Source of the DNA: an uncultured Planctomycetales bacterium
GTDB taxonomy: Bacteria; 4484-113; JAFGCY01
DNA length: 64,000 nucleotides
NCBI GenBank assembly: GCA_964609245.1
Contig: CAZSSB010000011.1
Coordinates: 6,000 to 69,999 of the forward strand
Direction: 5' to 3'
In this document: positions 8,789 through 18,883 of the stretch, in pieces
Numbering within the stretch: position 1 is the stretch's first letter
Layout: every line of letters starts with the position of its first letter
Notes under the pieces: model-generated
Database searches by the model: none
What the model was told of the DNA's origin: nothing
Seen by the model: only the letters and a program-made list of their open reading frames with translations
Translations under genes and position numbers: made by a program

Positions 8789-10001
8789 CTGGGTCCGCAC
8801 GGGCTACCGCTGCTGGGCAGTCGCATTCATCGGCGGCGTGCTGCTGGCCGCGCTTCCCATCCTCGCTCTTGCTCAGAATGCTACCGGGGCCGCCGCGCAG
8901 TCCTATCCGGCGGCGCAGGCATATCGTGAGGTGCTGGCCAGCGCAAAAGGCGTGCCACTCAGCGAGGTTTCGGCCTACGCCGCCGCACACGCCCAGGAAC
9001 TGGATCAGCTGTTTGACCGGCTGGAGCGCAGTGCCTACCGCTACGAGATCATTCCGGAGTTCGCCCTGGCCGTGGTTGCGGCGGAGGCGATGTACGGCAA
9101 GGGCATCAGCTGGGCACGGTACGATTCCTGGACCATGTACGAGCTGACGACCGGCACCACGCTGGGGCAGCATCCAGATGTCTTCAGTGACCTTGATACC
9201 GCGCTATCCGAGCTGCGGGTCATCCTGAAAGAAAGCGAGACGATGGACGACGTGTTCAAGCACTACTGGTGTGGGCCTCGCGGCGAGTTCAATGCGGCAT
9301 CCTACGCCAGCTTCACCGAGGCTTCCCTCAAGCTCTGGGGAGCACTTGAGCCCTATGCCACAGCCCGCAAGGCCGACGAGGACCGCAACAAGTACAGCCG
9401 CGAGTACTACGATGCGGCTCCGGAAGAACCGAGCTGGGCCGGCTTGGCCTATGGCGATCTGGAGGGTTACCGCACCAGCCTGGGGGCTATGCCGCTCCTG
9501 GCAGAGCAGATCAAAGCCTATCCGGACGTCGAGCTGCAGTACGCGCAAGTTGCGCGGCGCTACAACTCCAGGCTTTCCGACGCCGAGGCGCTGGTGATCG
9601 TACGGGCGATCCTCACGTACTGCGAGCAGACCAACTGGGCTGTCGACCCGCGGCTGGTGATGGCCATTGTCTCGGCCGAGAGCTCGTTCAAACCGGATGC
9701 GGTCAGCAAAGTGGGCGCTATGGGGCTGGCGCAACTGATGCCCGCGACGGCGAAGTCCTTCGGGATCCGCGACCCATTCGATCCAATCCAGAATCTGTAT
9801 GGCTGCGTCAAGTACATCGAACGCGAGCTCTACCGCTGGCGTGGTTCTGCTAATTCGCTCGATCTGGTCGTCGCGAGTTACAATGCTGGGGCTGGGGCGG
9901 TGCAGAAGTATGGGGGCGTGCCGCCCTACAAGGAAACCCAGGGGTTTGTAAGGGTCGTCAAGCGACGCTACTTCGACCTAGCCCCGGACACCAAGGACTA
10001 G
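8781..10001 (+). CDS. Lytic transglycosylase (SLT domain) with N-terminal signal/anchor
   Basis: C-terminal SLT motifs AESSFKPDAVSKVGAMGLAQLMP and SYNAGAG. The hydrophobic N-terminus starts at MSSWVRTGYRCWAVAFIGGVLLAALPILALA. The start overlaps the coaE stop by 8 nt (8781-8788). Confidence 0.85.
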   Translation: MSSWVRTGYRCWAVAFIGGVLLAALPILALAQNATGAAAQSYPAAQAYREVLASAKGVPLSEVSAYAAAHAQELDQLFDRLERSAYRYEIIPEFALAVVAAEAMYGKGISWARYDSWTMYELTTGTTLGQHPDVFSDLDTALSELRVILKESETMDDVFKHYWCGPRGEFNAASYASFTEASLKLWGALEPYATARKADEDRNKYSREYYDAAPEEPSWAGLAYGDLEGYRTSLGAMPLLAEQIKAYPDVELQYAQVARRYNSRLSDAEALVIVRAILTYCEQTNWAVDPRLVMAIVSAESSFKPDAVSKVGAMGLAQLMPATAKSFGIRDPFDPIQNLYGCVKYIERELYRWRGSANSLDLVVASYNAGAGAVQKYGGVPPYKETQGFVRVVKRRYFDLAPDTKD

Positions 10002-10003
10002 TT

Positions 10004-11116
10004 ATGAGCTCGATCAGCACTAACCTCAAACGCACTGCGCTGTACGACCGTCACGTCGCGTTGGGTGCCCGGCTGGGCAGCTTCGCCGGATTCGAGATGC
10101 CGCTGTGGTACACCGGCATCAAGGATGAGCATCTGTGCGTCCGCAGCAAGGTCGGCCTCTTCGACCTCTCACACATGGGCGAGGTCATGGTCAAAGGCCG
10201 GCAGGCATTCGACCTGATCCAGCACCTGACGTGCAATGACCTGCGCCGCATCGGTGACGGGCAGTGCCAGTACACATTGCTGCCCACCCCGGCGGGTGGA
10301 GTCGTCGATGACCTGATCGTCTATCAGTTCAATCCCGAGGACTACATGCTGGTTGTGAACGCCAGCAACATCGAGAAGGACTTCAGCTGGATCGTCGAGC
10401 ACAATGACTTCGACTGCAAGGTGACCGACCGCAGCGACGAACTGAGTCTGGTCGCCGTGCAGGGCCCGCGGACGGACGATTTGCTGACTGCGATCGGCGT
10501 CAAGGGTATCAAGTCGCAGCGAGCATTCACCTTTCGGCGGACCAAGCTGAACGGCAAGCGGATCATCGTGGCCGGCACAGGTTACACGGGCGAGCGAGGC
10601 TTCGAGTTGATCGTCGACAACGCCGATGCGGAGTGGCTATGGGACAGGCTCACTGACGCAGGCCGCGAGTTTGATGCCCGGCCGATCGGGCTCGGTGCAC
10701 GGGATACTCTGCGCCTGGAGATGGCCTACAGCCTCTACGGTCACGAGTTGTCCGACGACATCTCCGTTCTGGAGGCCAATCTGGCGTGGACGGTCCGGTT
10801 CGGTCCGGATTTCCTGGGCAAGGATGTGCTCGTGAGGCAGCGTGACGCCGGGGTGGAGCGAACGGTTGCCGGAATCGTTGTCCAGGAGAAGCGCGGAGCA
10901 CCGCGCCACAGCGCGCCGGTCTACTCCAAGACTGGGCAGCAGATCGGAGTGGTTACCAGCGGGAGCTTCAGTCCGTCGCTCGAGATCGGCATCGGACTGG
11001 TTCTTATCCCTCCCAAGTACGCGGGCATCGGTGAGAAGGTGCTGGTGGACATCCGCGGCACCCGCGTCGCCGCCCAGGTAGTCGAACTGCCCTTCTACAA
11101 CCCGAAGAAGCGCTAA
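10004..11116 (+). CDS. gcvT: Glycine cleavage system aminomethyltransferase T
   Basis: Typical GcvT N-terminus (KRTALYDRHVALGARL..FAGFEMPLWY), DLSHMGE motif and a length of 370 aa. Confidence 0.9.
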   Translation: MSSISTNLKRTALYDRHVALGARLGSFAGFEMPLWYTGIKDEHLCVRSKVGLFDLSHMGEVMVKGRQAFDLIQHLTCNDLRRIGDGQCQYTLLPTPAGGVVDDLIVYQFNPEDYMLVVNASNIEKDFSWIVEHNDFDCKVTDRSDELSLVAVQGPRTDDLLTAIGVKGIKSQRAFTFRRTKLNGKRIIVAGTGYTGERGFELIVDNADAEWLWDRLTDAGREFDARPIGLGARDTLRLEMAYSLYGHELSDDISVLEANLAWTVRFGPDFLGKDVLVRQRDAGVERTVAGIVVQEKRGAPRHSAPVYSKTGQQIGVVTSGSFSPSLEIGIGLVLIPPKYAGIGEKVLVDIRGTRVAAQVVELPFYNPKKR

Positions 11117-11126
11117 CGCCCTGACG

Positions 11127-12728
11127 TCAGTGCAGGAAGTGCCGATAGGGCGCGAAGACAAGCGGTAGCTTCAGTTTGTTGGCGGCGGCGACAACCTCCT
11201 GATCGCGCTTGCTGCCGGCCGGGGCCACCACGCAACCGATCTTCGCCTTGGCCGCCAGCTCGATGCTGTCAGCAAACGGGAAGAACCCGTCGCTGACCAA
11301 TACGGCCCCCGCGCACTTCCGACCGGCTGACTTCAGCGCCAGTTCAGCTGCATCCACGCGTGACATCTGCCCCACGCCACGGCCGATCATCACGCCGTTC
11401 TTGACTACGCAAAGCGAGTTGCTCTTGAGGAACCGGATGAACGTCAGGCCAAGCAGAATGTCGGGTCGCAGCCCCTCATCAGGCTCGATGTTGGAAACCA
11501 CGTGCAGCTGATCCCACTCCTCCTGCACGACGTCGTAGCCCTGCAGGAATACGCCCAGCAGATTGGCGGCAAACCTGGCGCTGCTGGCGAGCATTGTGCG
11601 ACATTCGTCCAGGTCGGCTTCGATCAGCCGCAGGTTCTTCTTGCTGGCGAGGTGCTCCCGCGCATCGTCGTCGAAGCTTGGCGCGATTACGATCTCGAAG
11701 AATGTGCGACGCAGTTCCCTGGCCAGCTTAAGATCAACCGGGTAGCTCAGTCCGACAATTCCGCCGAACGCGCTCTTGGGATCGGCATCGCGCGCCCGGA
11801 TGAACGTCTTGACCGGGTCCTCGCCGACGGCGATCCCACATGGATTGAGATGCTTGACCACGCAGGCCGTGTAGGGCAGGGGATAGGCGGCCGTGATGAC
11901 CGCGGACGTGGCTGCGGCATCCAGGTAGTTGTTGTAGCTCATCTCCTTGCCCTGCAGGACCTTGTATGTGAGCTGCGGGATCCCAGCCGCCGTATAACGC
12001 GCGGCCTGCTGGTGTGGGTTCTCACCGTACCGCAGCTTGTCCTTGAGCTTAAGTTGCAGGCTCAGCTTCTTTGGCAGCAACTCGGCGGGCAGCGCTCGGG
12101 CCGCCGGAGCTTCCATCGGTTCTTCCCCCCTGGCGGGAACGACGGCGTCGAAGTACGCGGTCACCGCTGACTCGAACTCGGCCGTGGCGTGGAATGCATC
12201 ACGGGCCAACTCCAGCCTGAATGCCGCCTCGAACTCACCGTCATGGTCCCGCAGATGACGTGCGATCTCACGGTACTGGTCCACGCGACTGATCACCACC
12301 ACGTGCCGGTGGTTCTTCGCTGCGGCTCGTACCATCGTGGGTCCACCGATGTCGATCATCTCGACCGCCGACTTGATAGCGGTCTTGCCGATCTTCACTT
12401 TGTCGCGGAATGGATAGAAATTCACAACCACGATGTCAATCGGCTGAATGCGCTGCTTCGCCAATTCCTTCATGTGCTGCTCGTTATCACGGTCAGCCAG
12501 AATCGCCGCGTGAATGTGTGGGTGCAGCGATTTCACGCGGCCGTCAAGCAACTCCGGGGACTTGACTAGACGCGAGAGCTCTTTGACGGGAATCCCGGCC
12601 TCCTTGAGCTTCCTGTGTGTACCGCCGGTAGAGACGAGTTCGTAGCCGAACTTGATCAGATCGCGTGCCAGATTCGTAACGTAGCGCTTATCGTAGACAC
12701 TGATCAGAGCGCGCTTCTTCGCAGCCAT
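11127..12728 (-). CDS. purH: Bifunctional AICAR formyltransferase / IMP cyclohydrolase
   Basis: N-terminal MGS-like domain (ALISVYDK...STGGT), C-terminal AICARFT region and characteristic C-terminus ...YRHFLH. Length is 533 aa. Confidence 0.95.
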   Translation of the reverse strand: MAAKKRALISVYDKRYVTNLARDLIKFGYELVSTGGTHRKLKEAGIPVKELSRLVKSPELLDGRVKSLHPHIHAAILADRDNEQHMKELAKQRIQPIDIVVVNFYPFRDKVKIGKTAIKSAVEMIDIGGPTMVRAAAKNHRHVVVISRVDQYREIARHLRDHDGEFEAAFRLELARDAFHATAEFESAVTAYFDAVVPARGEEPMEAPAARALPAELLPKKLSLQLKLKDKLRYGENPHQQAARYTAAGIPQLTYKVLQGKEMSYNNYLDAAATSAVITAAYPLPYTACVVKHLNPCGIAVGEDPVKTFIRARDADPKSAFGGIVGLSYPVDLKLARELRRTFFEIVIAPSFDDDAREHLASKKNLRLIEADLDECRTMLASSARFAANLLGVFLQGYDVVQEEWDQLHVVSNIEPDEGLRPDILLGLTFIRFLKSNSLCVVKNGVMIGRGVGQMSRVDAAELALKSAGRKCAGAVLVSDGFFPFADSIELAAKAKIGCVVAPAGSKRDQEVVAAANKLKLPLVFAPYRHFLH

Positions 12729-12821
12729 TGAACCCTCACGTCAGGGATTTTGCCGCCGCTATGATACCACGCCTGTCAAGTCCCAGTGCGGGCAGGACCA
12801 TGTGGAAGGGGCGCTGCGTCA

Positions 12822-13112
12822 CTACTGGTCGGTATCGCTGTTTTCGGTGCCGGTATCGGTGGCCCAGGGATCAGCGGTATCCCGATGCCGGCGTCTATAT
12901 ACATGGTATACGTCGGATTCCAGCGCATCACGCAGGGCGTGATACACCCGGCGCCGGAGTTGAACGGGCAGTGCATCGTACAGACTGATTGACTCCGCGC
13001 AGAATGGGCAGACCAGTTCACCATGCCCGTCCAGCGACTTCGAGCGCACGCCAATGGAGGCGTCGCAGTGAGGGCAGCACAGCGTCAGCTGCTCTGGCAG
13101 GTCAATGCGCAT
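12822..13112 (-). CDS. Hypothetical zinc-ribbon protein (96 aa)
   Basis: Two CxxC pairs (CPHC ... CPFC). The start lies 3 nt after the stop of the upstream 311-aa gene. The tail is basic and then acidic. Confidence 0.5.
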   Translation of the reverse strand: MRIDLPEQLTLCCPHCDASIGVRSKSLDGHGELVCPFCAESISLYDALPVQLRRRVYHALRDALESDVYHVYRRRHRDTADPWATDTGTENSDTDQ

Positions 13113-13115
13113 CGA

Positions 13116-14051
13116 CTAGTCCTCCGACACCTGCGGGCCGCCGTCATCACCGGCCAGCCGCGGCTTCACGTATGGCATGAAGTGGTCCATCAGCCGGTCG
13201 CGAAGCTCACCGACTTGCACATAGCGCACCACGTTATGCTCCATCAGATCGACAAGCGGGACGGGCTGTAGGCTGTCATTCTTCAGCAGGGCCAGCCGGC
13301 GCCCGATTCCGTAGACGATGCCGGTCAGTAGGACGGCGTTGCTGGTCCAGTCATCCAGGTTCATGACCACATAGTCACTCTCCTGGATGTTCTCGCAGGC
13401 CCGACAGGCTTCCTCGTCGCTGATCAGTTCCTCGTCGATGCGGTATACCTGCAGCTTCAGCTCCTGCAGGGCCGGCAGAACCGCCGTGCGGAAGATCTCG
13501 TTGTTACGATCGCTGTACTTGAGCAACACCGTCACCTTGCCGGGCGTGTAGACGGGGATTTTGCGGCAATGGCCCTCGGGAAAGCGCCAGCACCTGATCG
13601 GCAGCAGGGGCGGGGCGTCTTCATCCCGCACGCCGTAGTCATACTTGATGTCGCGGGCGATTTCCTCGACCAAATCCTCACGGAGCGGCAACTGGATTTC
13701 CGCCTGAGCGTAGTGCTCTGACAGCTGCTCGGCCAGGCTGGGCACCTCGCTGTACAGCGGGCACTCATCACAGGTCTTGAGGCTATACAACCTGATGTTC
13801 AGCGCACGGCAGGCGAGGGCGGTCACCAGCTTGCCTTCGCCCCGGTAGGGCTTCAGCTCGGTGCCGAGGCTCAGGTATCGGCAGCGCGGCTCTTCGATGA
13901 TCCCTGGAACCTCGCAGTTCAGACAGGTCAGCGGATCGATCTCACTAACGTGGCTGTCCGTGCTGATGGTGCAGTGTGCCGTGCCGAAGCTCACCCGCCG
14001 AAAGGGGCAGGGCGGCACGCTGAGGAAGTTCTCTTCGCGCGGTTCCGCCAT
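13116..14051 (-). CDS. Hypothetical Cys-rich protein with C-terminal alpha/beta (TIR-like or nucleoside-deoxyribosyltransferase-like?) region
   Basis: 311 aa. The N-terminal ~100 aa carry CLNC and CDEC pairs plus further Cys. The C-terminal ~150 aa show a pattern (KVTVLLKYSDRNNEIF..., ESDYVVMNLDDWTSNAVLLTGIVYGIGRRLALL) reminiscent of Rossmannoid TIR-like/NDT-like folds. That fold assignment is a guess. Confidence 0.55.
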   Translation of the reverse strand: MAEPREENFLSVPPCPFRRVSFGTAHCTISTDSHVSEIDPLTCLNCEVPGIIEEPRCRYLSLGTELKPYRGEGKLVTALACRALNIRLYSLKTCDECPLYSEVPSLAEQLSEHYAQAEIQLPLREDLVEEIARDIKYDYGVRDEDAPPLLPIRCWRFPEGHCRKIPVYTPGKVTVLLKYSDRNNEIFRTAVLPALQELKLQVYRIDEELISDEEACRACENIQESDYVVMNLDDWTSNAVLLTGIVYGIGRRLALLKNDSLQPVPLVDLMEHNVVRYVQVGELRDRLMDHFMPYVKPRLAGDDGGPQVSED

Positions 14052-14116
14052 TACCCTATGCTATACCACGCACGGGCAGATCGCTCTCTGGCTGCCAGTC
14101 GGTCCAGCTGCTTCGG

Positions 14117-15553
14117 CTACATGTCCGGCATGATCTGGGTGACCTTGCGCCGCCGCTGCGCCACACCGGAGTCGTGCGCTGCGTGTGCCACCGCCCGAGC
14201 CACGGATTTGGAGACGCGCCGGTCGAATACTGATGGGATGATGTAGTCGGGCCCCAGCTTCTTCGGCTCCACGCAGTCGGCGATCGCATTGGCTGCAGCC
14301 AGCTTCATCTCTTCATTGATGTCGCGGGCGTGTGCGTCCAGCGCGCCGCGGAAGATGCCGGGGAAGCACAGCACGTTGTTGATCTGATTCGGGTAGTCGC
14401 TGCGTCCGGTGGCGATTACGGCTGCGTACTTCACCGCCTCCTCCGGTTTCACCTCGGGCACCGGATTGGACATCGCGAAGATGATCGGATCGCGCGCCAT
14501 GGTCTTGATCCATTCCGGCTCCAGCAGATTGGGACCTGACAGCCCGAGGAACAGATCCGCACCCTCGAGCGCGGTCTGCAAATCGCCCTGAACCTTGTCG
14601 GGATTGGTGTGGCTGGCAAACCACTCCTTCATCTCATTGCCGCCGGTGTCACGTCCGTCGTACAGGATGCCCTTACGGTCGATGCCGATGATGTTCGGCA
14701 CGCCCGCCGCCATTAGGATCTTGGAGCAGGCGATGCCGGCGGCACCGACTCCCAGCACCACCACCTTGAGGTCGCCGTGCCGCTTCTTGACCAGCCGCAG
14801 AGCATTCTGCAGCGCCGCCAACACTACGACCGCTGTGCCGTGCTGATCGTCGTGGAACACCGGGATATCGACGAGTTCCTTCAGCTGCTCCTCGATGTAG
14901 AAGCATCGTGGCGCCGAGATATCCTCGAGATTGATCCCGCCGAAGGTCGGCGCGATCTGCCGGCAGAACTCGACGATCTTGTCGGGATCGTTCTCGGCGA
15001 TACACAGAGGGAAGGCGTCAACGCCGCCGAAATCCTTGAACAGCATTGCCTTGCCTTCCATCACGGGCATCGCGCCTTCCGGTCCAAGATCGCCCAGTCC
15101 CAGGACTGCCGTACCGTCCGAAACAACCGCCACGGTGTTCTTCTTGATGGTCAGCGCCCAGGCCCGGCTGGGGTCCTCGGCCACGTAGGATGACACGCGT
15201 CCCACGCCCGGTGTGTAGGCCATTGAGAGCTGGGAACGCGTCTTCAGCTCGAATTTGCCTTCGACGGTGAGCTTCCCGCCGAGGTGCATACGGAAGGTCT
15301 CATCCGAGACGGCGATGACCTTGATGTCCGCGACCGTCTTGACCGCCGCAGTGATGCGACGCTCGTGGTCGGGATCGGAGCAGTGGATGGTGAAGTCGCG
15401 AGTCCAGGACTCGGAGCTCTGATCCACCAGGTCGATCGCGCCGATCAGGCCGCCGGTCTCGGCCACGACCCCGAGAATCGTGTGCACCATGCCCACCTGG
15501 CGTTTGCCTTCGATGCGCATAGTAATCGTGTAACTGGATATGTGCGAGATCAT
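14117..15553 (-). CDS. NAD(P)-dependent malic enzyme with N-terminal ACT-like domain
   Basis: Malic-enzyme motifs SMAYTPGVG and VVSDGTAVLGLGDLG, and dinucleotide fold VVLGVGAAGIA. An extra N-terminal ~75 aa is ACT-like (GMVHTILGVVAETGGLIGAIDLV). Confidence 0.9.
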   Translation of the reverse strand: MISHISSYTITMRIEGKRQVGMVHTILGVVAETGGLIGAIDLVDQSSESWTRDFTIHCSDPDHERRITAAVKTVADIKVIAVSDETFRMHLGGKLTVEGKFELKTRSQLSMAYTPGVGRVSSYVAEDPSRAWALTIKKNTVAVVSDGTAVLGLGDLGPEGAMPVMEGKAMLFKDFGGVDAFPLCIAENDPDKIVEFCRQIAPTFGGINLEDISAPRCFYIEEQLKELVDIPVFHDDQHGTAVVVLAALQNALRLVKKRHGDLKVVVLGVGAAGIACSKILMAAGVPNIIGIDRKGILYDGRDTGGNEMKEWFASHTNPDKVQGDLQTALEGADLFLGLSGPNLLEPEWIKTMARDPIIFAMSNPVPEVKPEEAVKYAAVIATGRSDYPNQINNVLCFPGIFRGALDAHARDINEEMKLAAANAIADCVEPKKLGPDYIIPSVFDRRVSKSVARAVAHAAHDSGVAQRRRKVTQIMPDM

Positions 15554-15640
15554 GCCTTCACCTTAGTTTCAGGGTTATTAGTTGCGGGGGGAGCTATCAG
15601 CGGCGCAAGCTGTCGCCTTGGCTGACCTCCGACACTCACT

Positions 15641-15669
15641 AGTATAGCCCGCGTCGAGCGACTCGTCAG
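15641..15669 (-). promoter_or_regulatory. Candidate sigma70-type promoter for the malic enzyme gene
   Basis: On the minus strand there is CTGACG, a 17-nt spacer, then TATACT, about 90 nt upstream of the ATG at 15553. AAGGTGAAGG precedes that start. Confidence 0.35.
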
Positions 15670-15736
15670 CAACAATGAAACGGCCCAACTGGGGCTCTTT
15701 GCAGCGGCACGGGAATGCGTCTCGGCCTGATCCCGC

Positions 15737-17044
15737 CTAGGGCACCAGGACCTTCAAAGTCAGCAGCACGCCTGCCGCCACCGCCGAGCCCAGTACACCG
15801 GCGACATTGGGACCCATGGCGTGCATCAGCAGCACGTTCTCCGGGTCCGCCTTGGCTCCTTCCACCTGAGAGACACGTGCCGCCATCGGCACCGCCGACA
15901 CGCCCGCGGAACCGATCAGCGGGTTGATCTTGGTGTGGGACAGCAGGTTCATCAGCTTGGCCATCAATACGCCGCCAGCCGTACCGATAGCGAAGGCGAT
16001 CACGCCCATCACCAGGATTCCCAGGGTCTCGATGTTCAGGAAAAGCTGCGCCGACAGCTTCACGCCCACGCCAAGCCCCAGGAAGATCGTGACGATGTTG
16101 ATCAGGGCGTTCTGCGTGGTGTTCGACAGCCGCTCTACCACACCGCACTCCCGCATCAGGTTGCCGAACATGAAGAAGCCAATCAGCGGTGCGGCGCTGG
16201 GCAACAGCAGGATACACAGCCCCAGCGTCGCCAGCGGGAAAATGATCTTCTCCAGCCTGCCTACATAGCGCAGCTGCTCCATCCTGATACGACGCTCGGA
16301 CTCGGTCGTCAAGAGTCGCATGATCGGCGGCTGGATCACCGGCACGAGCGCCATGTAGGAATACGCAGCGACGGCGATCGCCCCCAGCAGTTCCGGCGAC
16401 AGCTGGCTGGACAGGAAGATCGACGTGGGCCCGTCGGCACCGCCGATGATCCCAATGGAGGCAGCGTCGAGCAGATCGAAATCGATGCCCGGCACCCACT
16501 TCGACAGCAGCAGCGAGCCGATCAGGGTGGTGAATATGCCAAACTGGGCCGCGGCCCCCAGCAGCGCCGTTTTCGGATTCGCCAGCATCGGGCCGAAGTC
16601 GGTCATGGCCCCGACGCCCATGAAGATCAGCAAGGGGAATATCCCGGTGGCGATCCCGATGTCGTAAATCATGTACAGCACGCCACCCTCGTCGCTGATG
16701 CCGGCCAGCGGGACGTTGGCCAGGATGCACCCGAAGCCGATTGGCACCAGCAGCAGAGGTTCAAACTTGCGCTTGATCGCCAGGTAGAGCAGCAACAGGC
16801 CGACCCCGATCATGAGGAGCCGGCCGATGCCGTTAATCCAGCCACCGTCCTCGGGCACGAGAAAGCCGTAGACGCCCGTGGTCTTCAAAAACTCGACGAC
16901 CAGTTCGCCTGCCGGTGGCAGCTGATGCACCTCCGGCCGTTCGGCTACAGCCTCGGCAGCGAACAGCGGGGCGGCAGCCGCGAGCGTCAACACGACGAGA
17001 ATGGCCAGGGCCGCCGCGCAGAGTGCTCTCATCATCGCGTGCAT
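15737..17044 (-). CDS. oadB: Na+-translocating decarboxylase beta subunit
   Basis: 435-aa polytopic membrane protein of the OadB/GcdB/MmdB type. It lies immediately (4 nt) downstream of the oadA-like gene. Confidence 0.85.
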   Translation of the reverse strand: MHAMMRALCAAALAILVVLTLAAAAPLFAAEAVAERPEVHQLPPAGELVVEFLKTTGVYGFLVPEDGGWINGIGRLLMIGVGLLLLYLAIKRKFEPLLLVPIGFGCILANVPLAGISDEGGVLYMIYDIGIATGIFPLLIFMGVGAMTDFGPMLANPKTALLGAAAQFGIFTTLIGSLLLSKWVPGIDFDLLDAASIGIIGGADGPTSIFLSSQLSPELLGAIAVAAYSYMALVPVIQPPIMRLLTTESERRIRMEQLRYVGRLEKIIFPLATLGLCILLLPSAAPLIGFFMFGNLMRECGVVERLSNTTQNALINIVTIFLGLGVGVKLSAQLFLNIETLGILVMGVIAFAIGTAGGVLMAKLMNLLSHTKINPLIGSAGVSAVPMAARVSQVEGAKADPENVLLMHAMGPNVAGVLGSAVAAGVLLTLKVLVP

Positions 17045-17047
17045 CGC

Positions 17048-18841
17048 CTAAGCAATCACCAGCAACAGATCGCCGGCCTTGACCACCTGGCCCTGTTCAA
17101 CATTGATACTGGCGACCTTGCCACCAGCCGGGGCCACGATTTCGGTTTCCATCTTCATCGCCTCCAGCACCAGCAGTACGTCACCTTGCTTCACGGTGTC
17201 TCCAACCTTGACCTTGAAACTGAGCACGTTGCCCGGGACTTTCGCCTTGACCTCGTTACCGGCTCCGACGGCAGCTGGCGTTGCGGGGGCTTCCTGGACC
17301 GCCACTACCGCCCCGCTGGACTCCTCAACCACGACGTGAAACAGCTCGCCGTCAACGGTGACCTTGTACTCCCCCTTGCCGTTCCCAGCCGGTGACGCGG
17401 CCACGGGCGCGGGCGTGGGCGCAGCTTCCTGTGCTGCTTCAGGCTCGGTTTTGCGAACCCGGATCTCGAAGTTGCCCTTGAGGAAGTCCAGCCCCTTGTT
17501 GCCACCAGGCGTGGCCAGCGCGCCGACGATGAAGATGTTCTCGTCGGTCACCGGCAAGCCTTCTTCCTCGAGGATCTTCCGGGCCTTGGGGATGCCCGGC
17601 TCGATGATTTCGAGGGGATCTCCGGTGAAACGAGGCTTGCCCATTTGCTCTTCGGCGATCTTGACCACTTCCGGATCAGGCTCCACTGGCGTACGCCCGA
17701 AGTAGCCCAGCACCATCTTGCCGTAGCCATCGGTGATCTTCTTCCACGGCCCCTGCGTCACGTTGGCGTAGGCCTGCTGGAAGTAGAACTGGCTTACCGG
17801 CGTAACCGACGTACCGAAACCGCCCTTGGCCACGCACTCACTCATCGCCTCGATCACCTGCGGATACAAGTGCAGCGTACCGGTGTCGCGCATCATCATC
17901 GTGTTGGCGGTGAGGGCGCCGCCCGGCATCGGCGACAGGATCACTTCCGAGGAGACTTTCTGGGCTTCGGCCGGGAAGAAGTAGTCCTTGAAGCACTCCC
18001 GCGCCACCGAGTTGGCTTCCATAACCTTCTTCACGTCGATATCGAGCGTGTATTCGGTGCCCTTCAACGCGTGCCACATCGACAGCAGGTCAGGCTGGGC
18101 CGTCCCACCGGAGAGCGGAGCCCGCGCGCAGCAGACTCCATCCGCGCCCGCTTCGACCGCTGCCTTGTAGCAGGTGATGCCCGTGCCGGCGGTCTCGTGG
18201 GAATGCATCCAGATCGTCGTGTCGTCGCCCAGCAGCTTGCGAGCGCCCTTGATGGTGTCATAGACCTTCTGGGGATTGGATGTGCCCGAGGCATCCTTGA
18301 ACACCACCGAGTGGTACGGCAACTCCGCTTCCAGGATCTGGCGCAGCACGCTGACGTAGTATTCCGCGTCATGGCTGCCCGTGCAGCCCGGCGGCAGCTC
18401 CATCATGGTCACCGCAACCTGGTGATGCAGTCCGGCTTCAACAATGCACTTGCCTGAGTAGACCAGGTTGCGAACGTCGTTTAGCGCGTCAAAGTTGCGG
18501 ATGTGGCTGATGCCGTGCTTGGCGAACATCTGGGCGTGCAGGTTGATCATGTCCTTGGGCTGGGCTGACAGCGCCACGACGTTGATCCCGCGTGCCAGGG
18601 TCTGCAGATTGGCCTGCGGGCCGGCAGTCTTGCGGAAGGCGTCCATCATATCGAAGGCCGACTCGCCGCAATACAGGAACAGGCTCTGGAAACGCGCCCC
18701 GCCACCGGCCTCGAAGTGTGTGATTCCTGCATCCACGGCAGCTTCGACCGCCGGCAGGAAGTCCTCGGTCAGTGCCCGAGCACCAAACACGGACTGGAAT
18801 CCGTCCCGGTAGGACGTGTCCATAAACTGTATCTTCTTCAA
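17048..18841 (-). CDS. oadA: Oxaloacetate decarboxylase alpha subunit (carboxyltransferase + biotinyl carrier domain)
   Basis: N-terminal carboxyltransferase TIM-barrel (FMDTSYRDGFQS), Ala/Pro linker and C-terminal biotinyl domain with EAMKMETEI. Confidence 0.9.
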   Translation of the reverse strand: MKKIQFMDTSYRDGFQSVFGARALTEDFLPAVEAAVDAGITHFEAGGGARFQSLFLYCGESAFDMMDAFRKTAGPQANLQTLARGINVVALSAQPKDMINLHAQMFAKHGISHIRNFDALNDVRNLVYSGKCIVEAGLHHQVAVTMMELPPGCTGSHDAEYYVSVLRQILEAELPYHSVVFKDASGTSNPQKVYDTIKGARKLLGDDTTIWMHSHETAGTGITCYKAAVEAGADGVCCARAPLSGGTAQPDLLSMWHALKGTEYTLDIDVKKVMEANSVARECFKDYFFPAEAQKVSSEVILSPMPGGALTANTMMMRDTGTLHLYPQVIEAMSECVAKGGFGTSVTPVSQFYFQQAYANVTQGPWKKITDGYGKMVLGYFGRTPVEPDPEVVKIAEEQMGKPRFTGDPLEIIEPGIPKARKILEEEGLPVTDENIFIVGALATPGGNKGLDFLKGNFEIRVRKTEPEAAQEAAPTPAPVAASPAGNGKGEYKVTVDGELFHVVVEESSGAVVAVQEAPATPAAVGAGNEVKAKVPGNVLSFKVKVGDTVKQGDVLLVLEAMKMETEIVAPAGGKVASINVEQGQVVKAGDLLLVIA

Positions 18842-18883
18842 CTCGATCTCTCCCGGCTGTGATTGGTTATCAAGGGTGTGAGG

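Noticed and set aside
15821-17395. 524-aa plus-strand ORF, together with the 354-aa minus-strand ORF at 15666-16730, overlapping oadB/oadA
   Set aside because: Both overlap the well-supported oadB/oadA frames. The translations are R/H/Q/D/G-rich with no hydrophobic core or motifs, so they are shadow ORFs.
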